52,332 bases of DNA from Bacilli bacterium (GCA_016296285.1 JAEDJP010000001.1:1-52332), one strand, 5' to 3'; counted from the first letter of the stretch, positions 24,910 to 32,226 are shown. Notes: generated by a model not told the origin, from the letters alone. Numbers and translations: made by a program.

Positions 24910-25494
24910 TTAGATCCTGCCTTTCGTCGCCGCGTCGACGAGGTCGAATTTGCCTAGCGTTCTCGCGTATGTGAAGAGCTTTTCCTTATCGATGTTTTTG
25001 GTTTTCGCCTCATCGAGGATGCTCGCGTATTCCTCGTCGAGGAAGCGGTCGCGATAAAGGATGAGGTCAACGATCGTCATCTCGATGTCATAGACGGGGA
25101 CAAGAGGGCCGTGCGGGGAGACCGCGAGGGATTGGCCAAGCAAATAACGGTCGGCGCCTTTCCGAAGGGCGTCCGCCCCTTCGATGCCCGCGGTCATGTA
25201 GTTTCGCGGCAAGGCGACCTCGAGAACCGGCTCGACGTGGAAGCCATGGAGATAGAGGGCGCTGCGAAGACAGAAGACCGCCTTTCGATAACGGAAGTGC
25301 AGGATGAAAAACGGGTCGATGGGGTACCCTTTTTTGATGTAGAGGCCTTTCGCCGCCTTCTGAAAAATGCCGGCTTCCTCCCCTTCGGAAAGATAGGTTT
25401 GGGCAATTCCCATACCCTTGGCCTCGGCCACTGAGACATACCCGTCATTCCAGTCCGCTAGGTCGAGCAATTTTTCAATGGATTTCTTTTTCAC
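24910..25494 (-). CDS. AbiEi/AbiGi-family antitoxin-like wHTH protein (orphan; no AbiEii partner)
   Basis: The roughly 194-aa C-terminal part of track ORF 24910-26031, starting at the GTG at 25494. The pattern is typical of AbiEi_4 proteins (DGYVSVAEAKGMGIAQTYLS..., KGLYIKKG, FILHFRYRKAVFCLRSALYLHGF, VYDIEMTIVDLI). The upstream part of the track ORF is antisense to rplM. Confidence 0.65.
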   Translation of the reverse strand: MKKKSIEKLLDLADWNDGYVSVAEAKGMGIAQTYLSEGEEAGIFQKAAKGLYIKKGYPIDPFFILHFRYRKAVFCLRSALYLHGFHVEPVLEVALPRNYMTAGIEGADALRKGADRYLLGQSLAVSPHGPLVPVYDIEMTIVDLILYRDRFLDEEYASILDEAKTKNIDKEKLFTYARTLGKFDLVDAATKGRI

Positions 25495-25548
25495 GCAACA
25501 ATAATAACAAAACGTTGTTTCAATGAAAACAAAAGAAGGAAAAATGCT

Positions 25549-25577
25549 TTGACAACGTAAGTTCCTCTTTCCATAAT
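25549..25577 (+). promoter_or_regulatory. sigma-70-type promoter of rplM-rpsI
   Basis: TTGACA (25549-25554), a 17-nt spacer, then CATAAT (25572-25577). The roughly 50-nt leader contains a short hairpin (CGTTTC-caaaa-GAAAC) and AAAGGA before the ATG. It could correspond to a ribosomal-protein L13 leader, but this was not verified. Confidence 0.7.
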
Positions 25578-25632
25578 ACCCCCGGCGTTTCCAAAAGAAA
25601 CACGTCAAAAATCGAAAAGAAAGGACAATCCT

Positions 25633-26076
25633 ATGCAGCGTCAAACCACGTTGGCCACCAACGAAAATGCCGTCCACAATTGGTACGTCGTTGATGCCAC
25701 CAACATCCCCCTTGGCCGCCTTGCTTCCAAGATCGCGGTCATCCTCATGGGCAAAGACAAGCCCACCTACACCCCGAACATCGATTGCGGTGACAATGTC
25801 GTCGTCATCAATGCCTCGAAGGTGAAGCTCACCGGCAACCACCCCGAGACCAAGAAGAACTACTACAACGTCTCTGGCTACAACGGTGGCCTCCGCACCC
25901 GTTCCTCCGGCGTCATGCTCAACGAATTCCCCGTCGAGATGATCGAGCGTGCCGTTTGGGGCATGCTTCCCAAGGGACGTCTCGGCCGCAAGATCGCGAG
26001 CAAGCTCCACGTCTATAGCGGCGCCGAGCACGAACAGGCGGCCCAGAAGCCGGTCGTCCTCGATCTCAGCAAATAA
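25633..26076 (+). CDS. rplM: 50S ribosomal protein L13
   Basis: 147 aa. NWYVVDATNIPLGRLASKIAVILMGKDKPTYTP is classic L13. Confidence 0.97.
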   Translation: MQRQTTLATNENAVHNWYVVDATNIPLGRLASKIAVILMGKDKPTYTPNIDCGDNVVVINASKVKLTGNHPETKKNYYNVSGYNGGLRTRSSGVMLNEFPVEMIERAVWGMLPKGRLGRKIASKLHVYSGAEHEQAAQKPVVLDLSK

Positions 26077-26090
26077 GGAGTAAATGATTC

Positions 26091-26480
26091 ATGGCTAACG
26101 AAAAATACTACGGCACCGGCCGTCGCAAATCCTCCGTCGCCCGCGTCTACGTCCAAGCTGGCAGCGGCAAGATCACCGTCAATGGCCGCGACGTCAAGGA
26201 ATACTTCCCGTACGAGACCTTGATCCTCGACCTCAAGCAGCCTCTCGCCCTCATCGCGGGTGAAGACAAGTATGACGTCATCGCCTTTGCCCAAGGCGGT
26301 GGATTCACCGGCCAGGCCGAAGCGATTCGCCTTGGCATCGCTCGCGCGCTTCTCGAAGCCCACGAAGATCGCAGCACCCTCAAGAAGGCTGGCATGCTCA
26401 CCCGCAATGCCCGCTCCAAAGAGCGTAAGAAATACGGTCTCAAGGCCGCTCGTCGCGCTCCGCAGTTCTCCAAGCGTTAA
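26091..26480 (+). CDS. rpsI: 30S ribosomal protein S9
   Basis: 129 aa. [15 protein letters not shown] at the N-terminus and the canonical C-terminal RRAPQFSKR. Confidence 0.97.
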   Translation: MANEKYYGTGRRKSSVARVYVQAGSGKITVNGRDVKEYFPYETLILDLKQPLALIAGEDKYDVIAFAQGGGFTGQAEAIRLGIARALLEAHEDRSTLKKAGMLTRNARSKERKKYGLKAARRAPQFSKR

Positions 26481-26508
26481 TTCGCTTTCCGGAGAAAGCA
26501 ACGCAAAG

Positions 26509-26542
26509 AAAAACTCCCAAGTCGATTGGCTTGGGAGTTTTT
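26509..26542. terminator. bidirectional rho-independent terminator between rpsI and the convergent GH78 gene
   Basis: AAAAACTCCCAAG - tcgattgg - CTTGGGAGTTTTT. The A-run and T-run flank a 13-bp stem, so the hairpin can serve both strands. Confidence 0.85.
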
Positions 26543-26546
26543 GCTA

Positions 26547-28700
26547 TCAACGGCTTCGTCTGATTTCGTGATGCCCAGGCTGAAGGGGCGTGGGGCTTTC
26601 GCCGGGCAATTGAAGCATGGCCTTGACTCCATCTGGGACGAGGAATGCATAGACGATTTGGGTATCCTCGATTCGATATCCCGAGACGATCTTCCCAGAA
26701 GGGCTATCGAACTCCGCGCGGATGTCTTTGATCTCTTCATAAGGATGCGGAGCGAGCAAGACCTGGCGATATCCAGGTTCCGCGGCTTTGATGCCGCAGA
26801 GGCTCTCGACGATGAATTCCATGCACGTCCCGAAGAAGGGGTGGTTGAAACTATCCATGCCATAGACGTTCAAGGAACCGTCTTCCTTGATGCTGTTCCA
26901 GTTCTCCCACATGGTCGTCGCCCCGTGGTTGACTTCATAAAGCCAGCCAGGGCACTTTTCGTTCAAAAGGATTTTGCAAGCCGTATCGAAATAGCCATAA
27001 TCCGTCAAAACGTTCAGCAGGTATTTCGTCCCGATGATGCCGGTCACGCATTTGAAGTCGTGGCCGATCGCGCGGTCGTTCAAGGCCTTCGCCAAAGCGG
27101 GCTCCGCTTCTTTTGGAACGAGATGGAAACGCAACGCCAACGCTTCGGCGGTCAGGGTATCTAGGGCAAGGCGGCCGCTTGGGGTAACGTATTCTTGGCG
27201 AATGGCGTTTAGGACCTCAGCACGTCGATTTTCATGTGTTTTAGCCTCTTTTAAAAGACCTTTCTTTTGCGCGGAAATCGACGCAATTCGCAGGCATTCT
27301 GCGTAGAAAACGGTCGCGAGGAAATAGACATCGGTTCTGCCGGAACAAGAGAATTTCTCTTCCTTTTCTTGGTCGAGGGCAAGCCAATCGCCATAATGCT
27401 GGCCTTCCGCGACGACACCGTTTTTCGTGGTACGCTCGACCGCTTCGAGATATTTGGCCATCGCCTCGTAATTCTCGGTGAGGAAGGACTCGTCCCCATA
27501 GGTTTCGTAAAGGGTCCAAGGAATCATGCAGACCGCGTCGCACCAGATGGTCGCGGTATTCTTCCAGCCGAGGATGTCCGGGACGATTTGGGAGACTTCC
27601 CCGGTGTCGGCTTGATCGAAGCGGAGGTCTCTTAGCCATTTGCGATAGAAGGATCGGACGTCGAATTGGAAAGAAGCGGTCTTCAAGAAGATATTCGCAT
27701 CCCCTGTCCAACCCATCCTTTCGTTTCGCTGCGGGCAATCGCTCGGTATGTCCAAGGAATTGTCCTTCTGAGACCAAACGATGTTCTCAATGAGCTTTTG
27801 GAGCTTGGGATGAGACGTCGTTACGACGCCCGTGCGGCGGAAGTCCGTGTGGCGGACGATCGCGTGCACGTTTTCCTTTGGAAGGACGATTCCCTCGATT
27901 CCCATGTAACGGAATCCATGGAACGTGAATTCGGGGACGAGAACCCTTTCTCCCCTGACCACGAAAACGTCCGTGCATTTGGCGCTCCGATAACCTTCGG
28001 AATAAAGCCTGCCTTCGTGTAGGATCTCCGAGAAATGCAAGGTGATGGTGCCTTCGAAGCCGGGCGGAGTGATGATCTCGGGCACGCCCGTGAGGTTTTG
28101 GCCAAAGTCATAGATCGTTTGGCCGCTTGGGGATTGCAGGACGGCTGCGACGGGCAGGCGCTCGATGTCGCGGACCGGCTCGCTCGTCTGCGGGACGAGG
28201 ACGGAAGGATCAAAATCCCTTTTCTCGACATGAAGCGCGGCACGCGGGGAAACGAAATCCTGATATTCCCCATCATAAATGCCGGAGGAACGGATAAAAC
28301 TCTCCCTGGCCTCCCAAGAAAGGTCCGTCGAGATCGTCAAGTTGCCGACAAGGAGTTCCGCGAGGGCGGCGGGTTTATCCCCATAACGGATGTTGTGACC
28401 ATCTTTGGAGAATCCTAAGCCGCTCGAATACCAACCCCCGCTGACGGTAATCGAGATGGTGTTCTCGCCATCCTTGAGCAATGAAGAAACATCGTATTCT
28501 TGGAATTGGAGAACGTGGTTATAGGAAGTCCAGCCGGGAGTCATTCTTGCGTCGCCGACCCTCTTCCCGTTGATTTCCGCGACGTAAAGGCCAAGCGCGG
28601 TGATGTGAAGCGTCCCAGCCTCGGGATTCTTTAGAAAGAAGGTTTTTTCCAAGCAAAACGTGTCGTTGGCTTCTTGAATTCCTAACATCATTCCGTTCAT
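26547..28700 (-). CDS. alpha-L-rhamnosidase, glycoside hydrolase family 78
   Basis: DIPSDCPQRNERMGWTGDANIF catalytic-domain motif, plus N-terminal rhamnosidase-domain features (LHITALGLYVAEINGKRVGD). The ATG at 28700 has AAGGAA 6 nt upstream. The track start at 28739 is a TTG extension. Confidence 0.85.
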   Translation of the reverse strand: MNGMMLGIQEANDTFCLEKTFFLKNPEAGTLHITALGLYVAEINGKRVGDARMTPGWTSYNHVLQFQEYDVSSLLKDGENTISITVSGGWYSSGLGFSKDGHNIRYGDKPAALAELLVGNLTISTDLSWEARESFIRSSGIYDGEYQDFVSPRAALHVEKRDFDPSVLVPQTSEPVRDIERLPVAAVLQSPSGQTIYDFGQNLTGVPEIITPPGFEGTITLHFSEILHEGRLYSEGYRSAKCTDVFVVRGERVLVPEFTFHGFRYMGIEGIVLPKENVHAIVRHTDFRRTGVVTTSHPKLQKLIENIVWSQKDNSLDIPSDCPQRNERMGWTGDANIFLKTASFQFDVRSFYRKWLRDLRFDQADTGEVSQIVPDILGWKNTATIWCDAVCMIPWTLYETYGDESFLTENYEAMAKYLEAVERTTKNGVVAEGQHYGDWLALDQEKEEKFSCSGRTDVYFLATVFYAECLRIASISAQKKGLLKEAKTHENRRAEVLNAIRQEYVTPSGRLALDTLTAEALALRFHLVPKEAEPALAKALNDRAIGHDFKCVTGIIGTKYLLNVLTDYGYFDTACKILLNEKCPGWLYEVNHGATTMWENWNSIKEDGSLNVYGMDSFNHPFFGTCMEFIVESLCGIKAAEPGYRQVLLAPHPYEEIKDIRAEFDSPSGKIVSGYRIEDTQIVYAFLVPDGVKAMLQLPGESPTPLQPGHHEIRRSR

Positions 28701-28905
28701 GGGCGATTCCTTGTGTGGTTTGCTGCGCCAAAGGCGCAACGATAACTGTCCTTATGGTAGCACGAGGCACGGGAAGGGGGTTTTGTTTTCGAAGGAGGTT
28801 TGTTCGCAATGAAAGGCAAAAGAGCCGAAAACTCGGATGAAACGCGGTTTCTCGCAAAGGAAAAACGGACGGATGAGGAACTCGTTTCAAAGACTCAAAA
28901 AAGTC

Positions 28906-28934
28906 TTGCAGGCCATGAGGCTTTCGTCTATATT
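28906..28934 (+). promoter_or_regulatory. sigma-70-type promoter of the tRNA cluster
   Basis: TTGCAG (28906-28911), a 17-nt spacer, then TATATT (28929-28934), about 25 nt upstream of tRNA-Ile. An A-tract (TCAAAAAAGT, 28895-28904) lies at the UP-element position. Confidence 0.6.
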
Positions 28935-28958
28935 ATTAAAGCGCTTTCGGGCGTGTTT

Positions 28959-29035
28959 GGGCCTTTAGCTCAGTTGGTTAGAGCGTGCGCTTGATAAGCG
29001 CAAGGTCGATGGTTCAAGCCCATTAAGGCCCACCA
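28959..29035 (+). tRNA. tRNA-Ile (anticodon GAT)
   Basis: Manual cloverleaf. Acceptor GGGCCTT/AAGGCCC, D-arm GCTC..GAGC, anticodon stem TGCGC/GCGCA with loop TTGATAA, T-loop TTCAAGC, encoded CCA. Confidence 0.9.
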
Positions 29036-29046
29036 AATTTGGTAGA

Positions 29047-29082
29047 AAGCCCCGAAGACTTCTTTCGGGGCTTATTTGTTTC
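29047..29082 (+). terminator. terminator-like hairpin between tRNA-Ile and tRNA-Val
   Basis: AAGCCCCGAA - gacttct - TTCGGGGCTT, followed by ATTTGTTTCTT. tRNA-Val begins 3 nt after this T-rich tract. Confidence 0.5.
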
Positions 29083-29084
29083 TT

Positions 29085-29159
29085 GGGTGTTTAGCTCAGC
29101 GGGAGAGCGCTTCCTTCACACGGAAGAGGTCACTGGTTCGAAACCAGTAACACCCACCA
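29085..29159 (+). tRNA. tRNA-Val (anticodon CAC)
   Basis: Acceptor GGGTGTT/AACACCC, anticodon stem CTTCC/GGAAG with loop TTCACAC, T-arm ACTGG-TTCGAAA-CCAGT, encoded CCA. Confidence 0.85.
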
Positions 29160-29173
29160 TCATTACCTCGCGT

Positions 29174-29249
29174 GCCGCGATAGCTCAATTGGCAGAGCAA
29201 CTGATTTGTAATCAGTAGGTTGCTGGTTCGATTCCGGTTCGCGGCACCA
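29174..29249 (+). tRNA. tRNA-Thr (anticodon TGT)
   Basis: Acceptor GCCGCGA/TCGCGGC, anticodon stem ACTGA/TCAGT with loop TTTGTAA, T-loop TTCGATT, encoded CCA. Confidence 0.85.
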
Positions 29250-29263
29250 AACCTTGATTGATT

Positions 29264-29288
29264 CGCGCCTTCTTGGGCGCGTTTTTTT
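29264..29288 (+). terminator. rho-independent terminator after the tRNA cluster
   Basis: CGCGCC - ttcttg - GGCGCG followed by TTTTTTT. Confidence 0.75.
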
Positions 29289-29308
29289 GTGACTGAGAAA
29301 ACGGAAAC

Positions 29309-29689
29309 TCACTTCCATTTTCGCCTGTTGGAACGATAGGAAAATCCCCAGTTCATCATCTCGTAAAAACAAGGCTGGAGATCCATTCCCTTTTGAGTCA
29401 ATGAGTAACTTGCATAGCGTTCCCCTTTGGCTTGCTTTTTCTCCACGATCCCGGATTGGATAAGCTCTTTCAAAACGGCATTCAAGGATGCTGGAGTGAT
29501 AGGGTCGCAGAAGCGGAGAACCGAATTAAAATGGGTGTCGCCTAGGCAAAACAAGGAGTAGATGACATGCATCTTCCATTTGCCTTCAAAGAGAGAAAAT
29601 ACAGGAGTTATCGGACTTTTCCCGTATTCATCCGTGATAGGTTCTCCAATTCGGTAGGTAAATTCCTCGTATGACATCCATTTTTCCAT
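29309..29689 (-). CDS. HxlR-family (DUF24) winged-helix transcriptional regulator
   Basis: 126 aa. FEGKWKMHVIYSLF...FNSVLRFCDPITPASLNAVLKELIQSGIVEKK is the HxlR-type HTH pattern. AAAGGAG lies upstream of the start. G+C is visibly lower than in flanking genes. Confidence 0.8.
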   Translation of the reverse strand: MEKWMSYEEFTYRIGEPITDEYGKSPITPVFSLFEGKWKMHVIYSLFCLGDTHFNSVLRFCDPITPASLNAVLKELIQSGIVEKKQAKGERYASYSLTQKGMDLQPCFYEMMNWGFSYRSNRRKWK

Positions 29690-30435
29690 GTATATCTCCT
29701 TTCTATCGGAATTTTTCAGACGTTCTATATTTTCTTATATATCAATCTTTGTGAGGCCACTCTCATCAGCGTCTCACAGCTCAGCGTTTGAGCATAGGCA
29801 TGAATCGAGGTGCTACTTCACTGGGTTTCAGATCAGCACGGAAATCTTCCTGCATTGAACGAGTTTCCAAATTTTAGACCTTCAGGAAGCGGACAGGAGA
29901 GGAAGGAATCCTGCCTTTGATCGGTCTTGGCTTGGCTGCCTTCATCTTTTGACGATCTTTTTAGCTCAATGGTTTTCCGAGTTTCCACGCCTTAGATTTC
30001 TCGGCTAAAAGGCGACCTGAAACACTTAATATTATATCGATGATTTCAAAATATAAAAAGTATATTTAATACAATTACTGCTCGGGCTTAATTCCATAGT
30101 AAAAACAAAAAGAAAATAAGATAAATACTTTATAAACTTCGGAGTAAACATTTTCCTATTCAATCGGCTATAATTTGCTTTCCTCGCCAAGTAATAAGAT
30201 ATAAAAAGAATAGTTAAGCATTTTATAACTATAAATAGTATAGCTTTTGATTTTCTTTCTTCTGTTTCTGGTTTCTTGGTTTAGTTCCTTGACCTTTGGG
30301 AAATGGTCCTTTTGAACGATTTCGGATTTCCGTCTTCGAGGGCCGGCTTTTGAACCTCGCCCAAATTTCATTGGAAAAACAATGCTAGAGTTTCCGTTTT
30401 GATCCTTGTGGAGTTTTCTTGTGCGCGTGCGACTT

Positions 30436-30444
30436 TGGTATAAT
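30436..30444 (+). promoter_or_regulatory. candidate extended -10 promoter (TGgTATAAT) immediately upstream of rarA
   Basis: TATAAT at 30439-30444 is preceded by TGn. The rarA ATG (30455) is only 10 nt downstream and has no Shine-Dalgarno sequence, which implies a leaderless or near-leaderless mRNA if this promoter is used. Confidence 0.35.
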
Positions 30445-30454
30445 GCGTGACGAT

Positions 30455-31732
30455 ATGAAACAACCCTTAGCTTTCCGTGTCCGACCCAAGACTTTGGACG
30501 ATGTCGTTGGCCAAACGCATTTGGTTGGTCCTTCTTCCTTTCTTCGGAAATCCGTGGAGGAAAAACTCCCTTTCTCGTTCATCTTTTTCGGCCCTCCTGG
30601 AACGGGGAAAACGACGATCGCCGAGGCCTATGCTTCTTCCCTGGGCGCCCACTTCATCAAGCTTAACGCCGTGACGTGTTCCAAGAAGGATATGGAGGCC
30701 GCCGTCGAAGAGGCGAAACTTTGGAAACCGACCCTCCTTCTCATGGATGAAGTCCACCGTCTTGATAAAGGGAAACAAGACTATCTCTTGCCCTTTGTCG
30801 AGGATGGTACTTTCGTCCTGCTTGGCATGACCACCGCGAATCCCTACATCGCCCTTAGTCCCGCGATCCGAAGCAGGACGAGGCTCCTTGAAGTTAAACC
30901 CCTGACGAAAGAAGAAGTGGTCGAAGGACTGCAACGGGCGATCGATCGCCCGGATGGCCTTGGGGGCAAGGTTGCTTTCGAGAAGGACGCCCTTTTTGCC
31001 ATCGCGAAGCTCTCTGGGGGCGATATGCGTTATTCCCTCAATATCCTTGAGGAGGCCGCGCTCCAATTCGGCGGGAACGGACCCATCACGAAAGAGCAGG
31101 TCTTCGAAATCGAGAAGGTCCCGAATTACGCGATGGACAAAGACGCCGAAGAGCATTACGACTCCGTCTCCGCGTTGCAGAAATCCATCCGGGGATGCGA
31201 CGTGAATGCTGCCCTCTATTATCTTGCGAGGCTTTGCTCCGCCGGGGACCTCGATTCCATCAAACGCCGGTTGCTCGTGACCGCCTACGAAGATATCGGA
31301 CTCGCGAATCCCCAAGCCGTCATGCGGGCGCAGCTCGCCATCCAGGCCGCCGAGCAAGTCGGCTTCCCGGAAGCGGTCATTCCCCTTGGGGACGCCGTGG
31401 TCGATCTTTGCCTTTCGCCCCATTCCCGGACGGGAGACGAATCGATCGGCAAGGCCATGGCCTTCGCGAAGGATGCCCCCTTTTATGTGCAGGATTACCT
31501 CAAGCTCACGCCGGTGAACGTGAAAGAGGAGGACAAATATCCTTATGACCGTCCGGATGTCTGGCCGCGCCTTCAGTATTTGCCGGACGAATACGCGAAC
31601 GAGGAATTCTTCGTGAAAGACGAAACGACCACGTCCACCTATGTCCGCGCCCTCAACGCCCGTTATGAGGAACTCAAAAAAGCCGGACGTTCTTCCGATT
31701 TGAGGGCCCTCAAGAAGCGGAAGAAGGTGTAA
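30455..31732 (+). CDS. rarA: replication-associated recombination protein A (RarA/MgsA AAA+ ATPase)
   Basis: Walker A GPPGTGKTT, Walker B LLLMDEVHR, and the MgsA C-terminal motif HYDSVSALQKSIRGCDVNAALYYLARL. Start taken at MKQPLAFRVRPKTLDDVVGQ. Confidence 0.9.
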   Translation: MKQPLAFRVRPKTLDDVVGQTHLVGPSSFLRKSVEEKLPFSFIFFGPPGTGKTTIAEAYASSLGAHFIKLNAVTCSKKDMEAAVEEAKLWKPTLLLMDEVHRLDKGKQDYLLPFVEDGTFVLLGMTTANPYIALSPAIRSRTRLLEVKPLTKEEVVEGLQRAIDRPDGLGGKVAFEKDALFAIAKLSGGDMRYSLNILEEAALQFGGNGPITKEQVFEIEKVPNYAMDKDAEEHYDSVSALQKSIRGCDVNAALYYLARLCSAGDLDSIKRRLLVTAYEDIGLANPQAVMRAQLAIQAAEQVGFPEAVIPLGDAVVDLCLSPHSRTGDESIGKAMAFAKDAPFYVQDYLKLTPVNVKEEDKYPYDRPDVWPRLQYLPDEYANEEFFVKDETTTSTYVRALNARYEELKKAGRSSDLRALKKRKKV

Positions 31733-31852
31733 CCGCTTTCAAAGCCCATTTTCCTTGTCAAACCTCCAAACGCGTCTATAGTAGAGGACCCCGAAAAACC
31801 GGGGAGCGGCAATCGCCGTACCAGTAAAACGCGAAAAGGAGGTAAAGAGGCT

Positions 31853-32005
31853 ATGGTAGAAATGTTTAAGCGCCTATTCACGGGCAAGCGCTCCGTGACC
31901 AAGAAGGAAAAGAAAAACCATCATCCGATCCAGTCGTTCATGGATTCCGTCGCCGAAGGCTATGGAATCAACTTGGTGGACGACATCTCGAGCGGAAACC
32001 TTTGA
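31853..32005 (+). CDS. unannotated small ORF (50 aa; basic N-terminal half, acidic C-terminal half)
   Basis: It falls below the ORF-track length cutoff. AAAGGAGG (31836-31842) lies upstream of the ATG. Third-codon positions are about 70% G/C, as in host genes. A terminator follows directly. Peptide: MVEMFKRLFTGKRSVTKKEKKNHHPIQSFMDSVAEGYGINLVDDISSGNL. Confidence 0.5.
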   Translation: MVEMFKRLFTGKRSVTKKEKKNHHPIQSFMDSVAEGYGINLVDDISSGNL

Positions 32006-32009
32006 GAAA

Positions 32010-32038
32010 CGGGGGCCTAACGGCCCTCGCTTTTCGTT
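32010..32038 (+). terminator. rho-independent terminator after the small ORF
   Basis: Stem CGGGGGCC / GGCCCTCG (includes one G-U pair), loop TAAC, then C-TTTTCGTT. Confidence 0.6.
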
Positions 32039-32089
32039 GAAACGTCCCTTCGTCGCGGTGTAAACTAAGGCGCTTTCCAAAAGAAGCGC

Positions 32090-32172
32090 GCGGGCGTGGC
32101 GAAATTGGCAGACGCGTTAGACTTAGGATCTAATGGACTTCCGTGCAGGTTCAAGTCCTGTCGCCCGCACCA
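32090..32172 (+). tRNA. tRNA-Leu (anticodon TAG), class II with long variable arm
   Basis: Acceptor GCGGGCG/CGCCCGC, D-arm GCG-AAATTGGCAGA-CGC, anticodon stem TTAGA/TCTAA with loop CTTAGGA, long variable arm, T-loop TTCAAGT, encoded CCA. Confidence 0.9.
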
Positions 32173-32182
32173 TCGTATTTCA

Positions 32183-32226
32183 ACGGCCTCCCGCTTCCGG
32201 AAAGGAAGTGCGGAGGCCGTTTTTCT
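32183..32226 (+). terminator. rho-independent terminator after tRNA-Leu
   Basis: ACGGCCTCCCGCTTCC - gga - AAGGAAGTGCGGAGGCCGT followed by TTTTT (imperfect long stem). Confidence 0.75.

Noticed and set aside
25495-26031. The N-terminal 179 codons of the 373-aa track ORF 24910-26031.
   Set aside because: This part is antisense to rplM and crosses the rplM promoter and leader. Only the C-terminal part, from the GTG at 25494, has AbiEi-like sequence.
28800-28994. A 64-aa ORF with a good GGAGG site upstream, running into tRNA-Ile.
   Set aside because: It reads through the tRNA promoter (TTGCAG-17-TATATT) and into the tRNA gene itself. It is most likely a fortuitous frame in the divergent regulatory region.
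30168-30582. Two short minus-strand ORFs (67 and 65 aa) in the AT-rich gap upstream of rarA.
   Set aside because: They are Lys/Arg-rich translations of AT-rich DNA, with no RBS. One overlaps the rarA start region. No family resemblance was seen.
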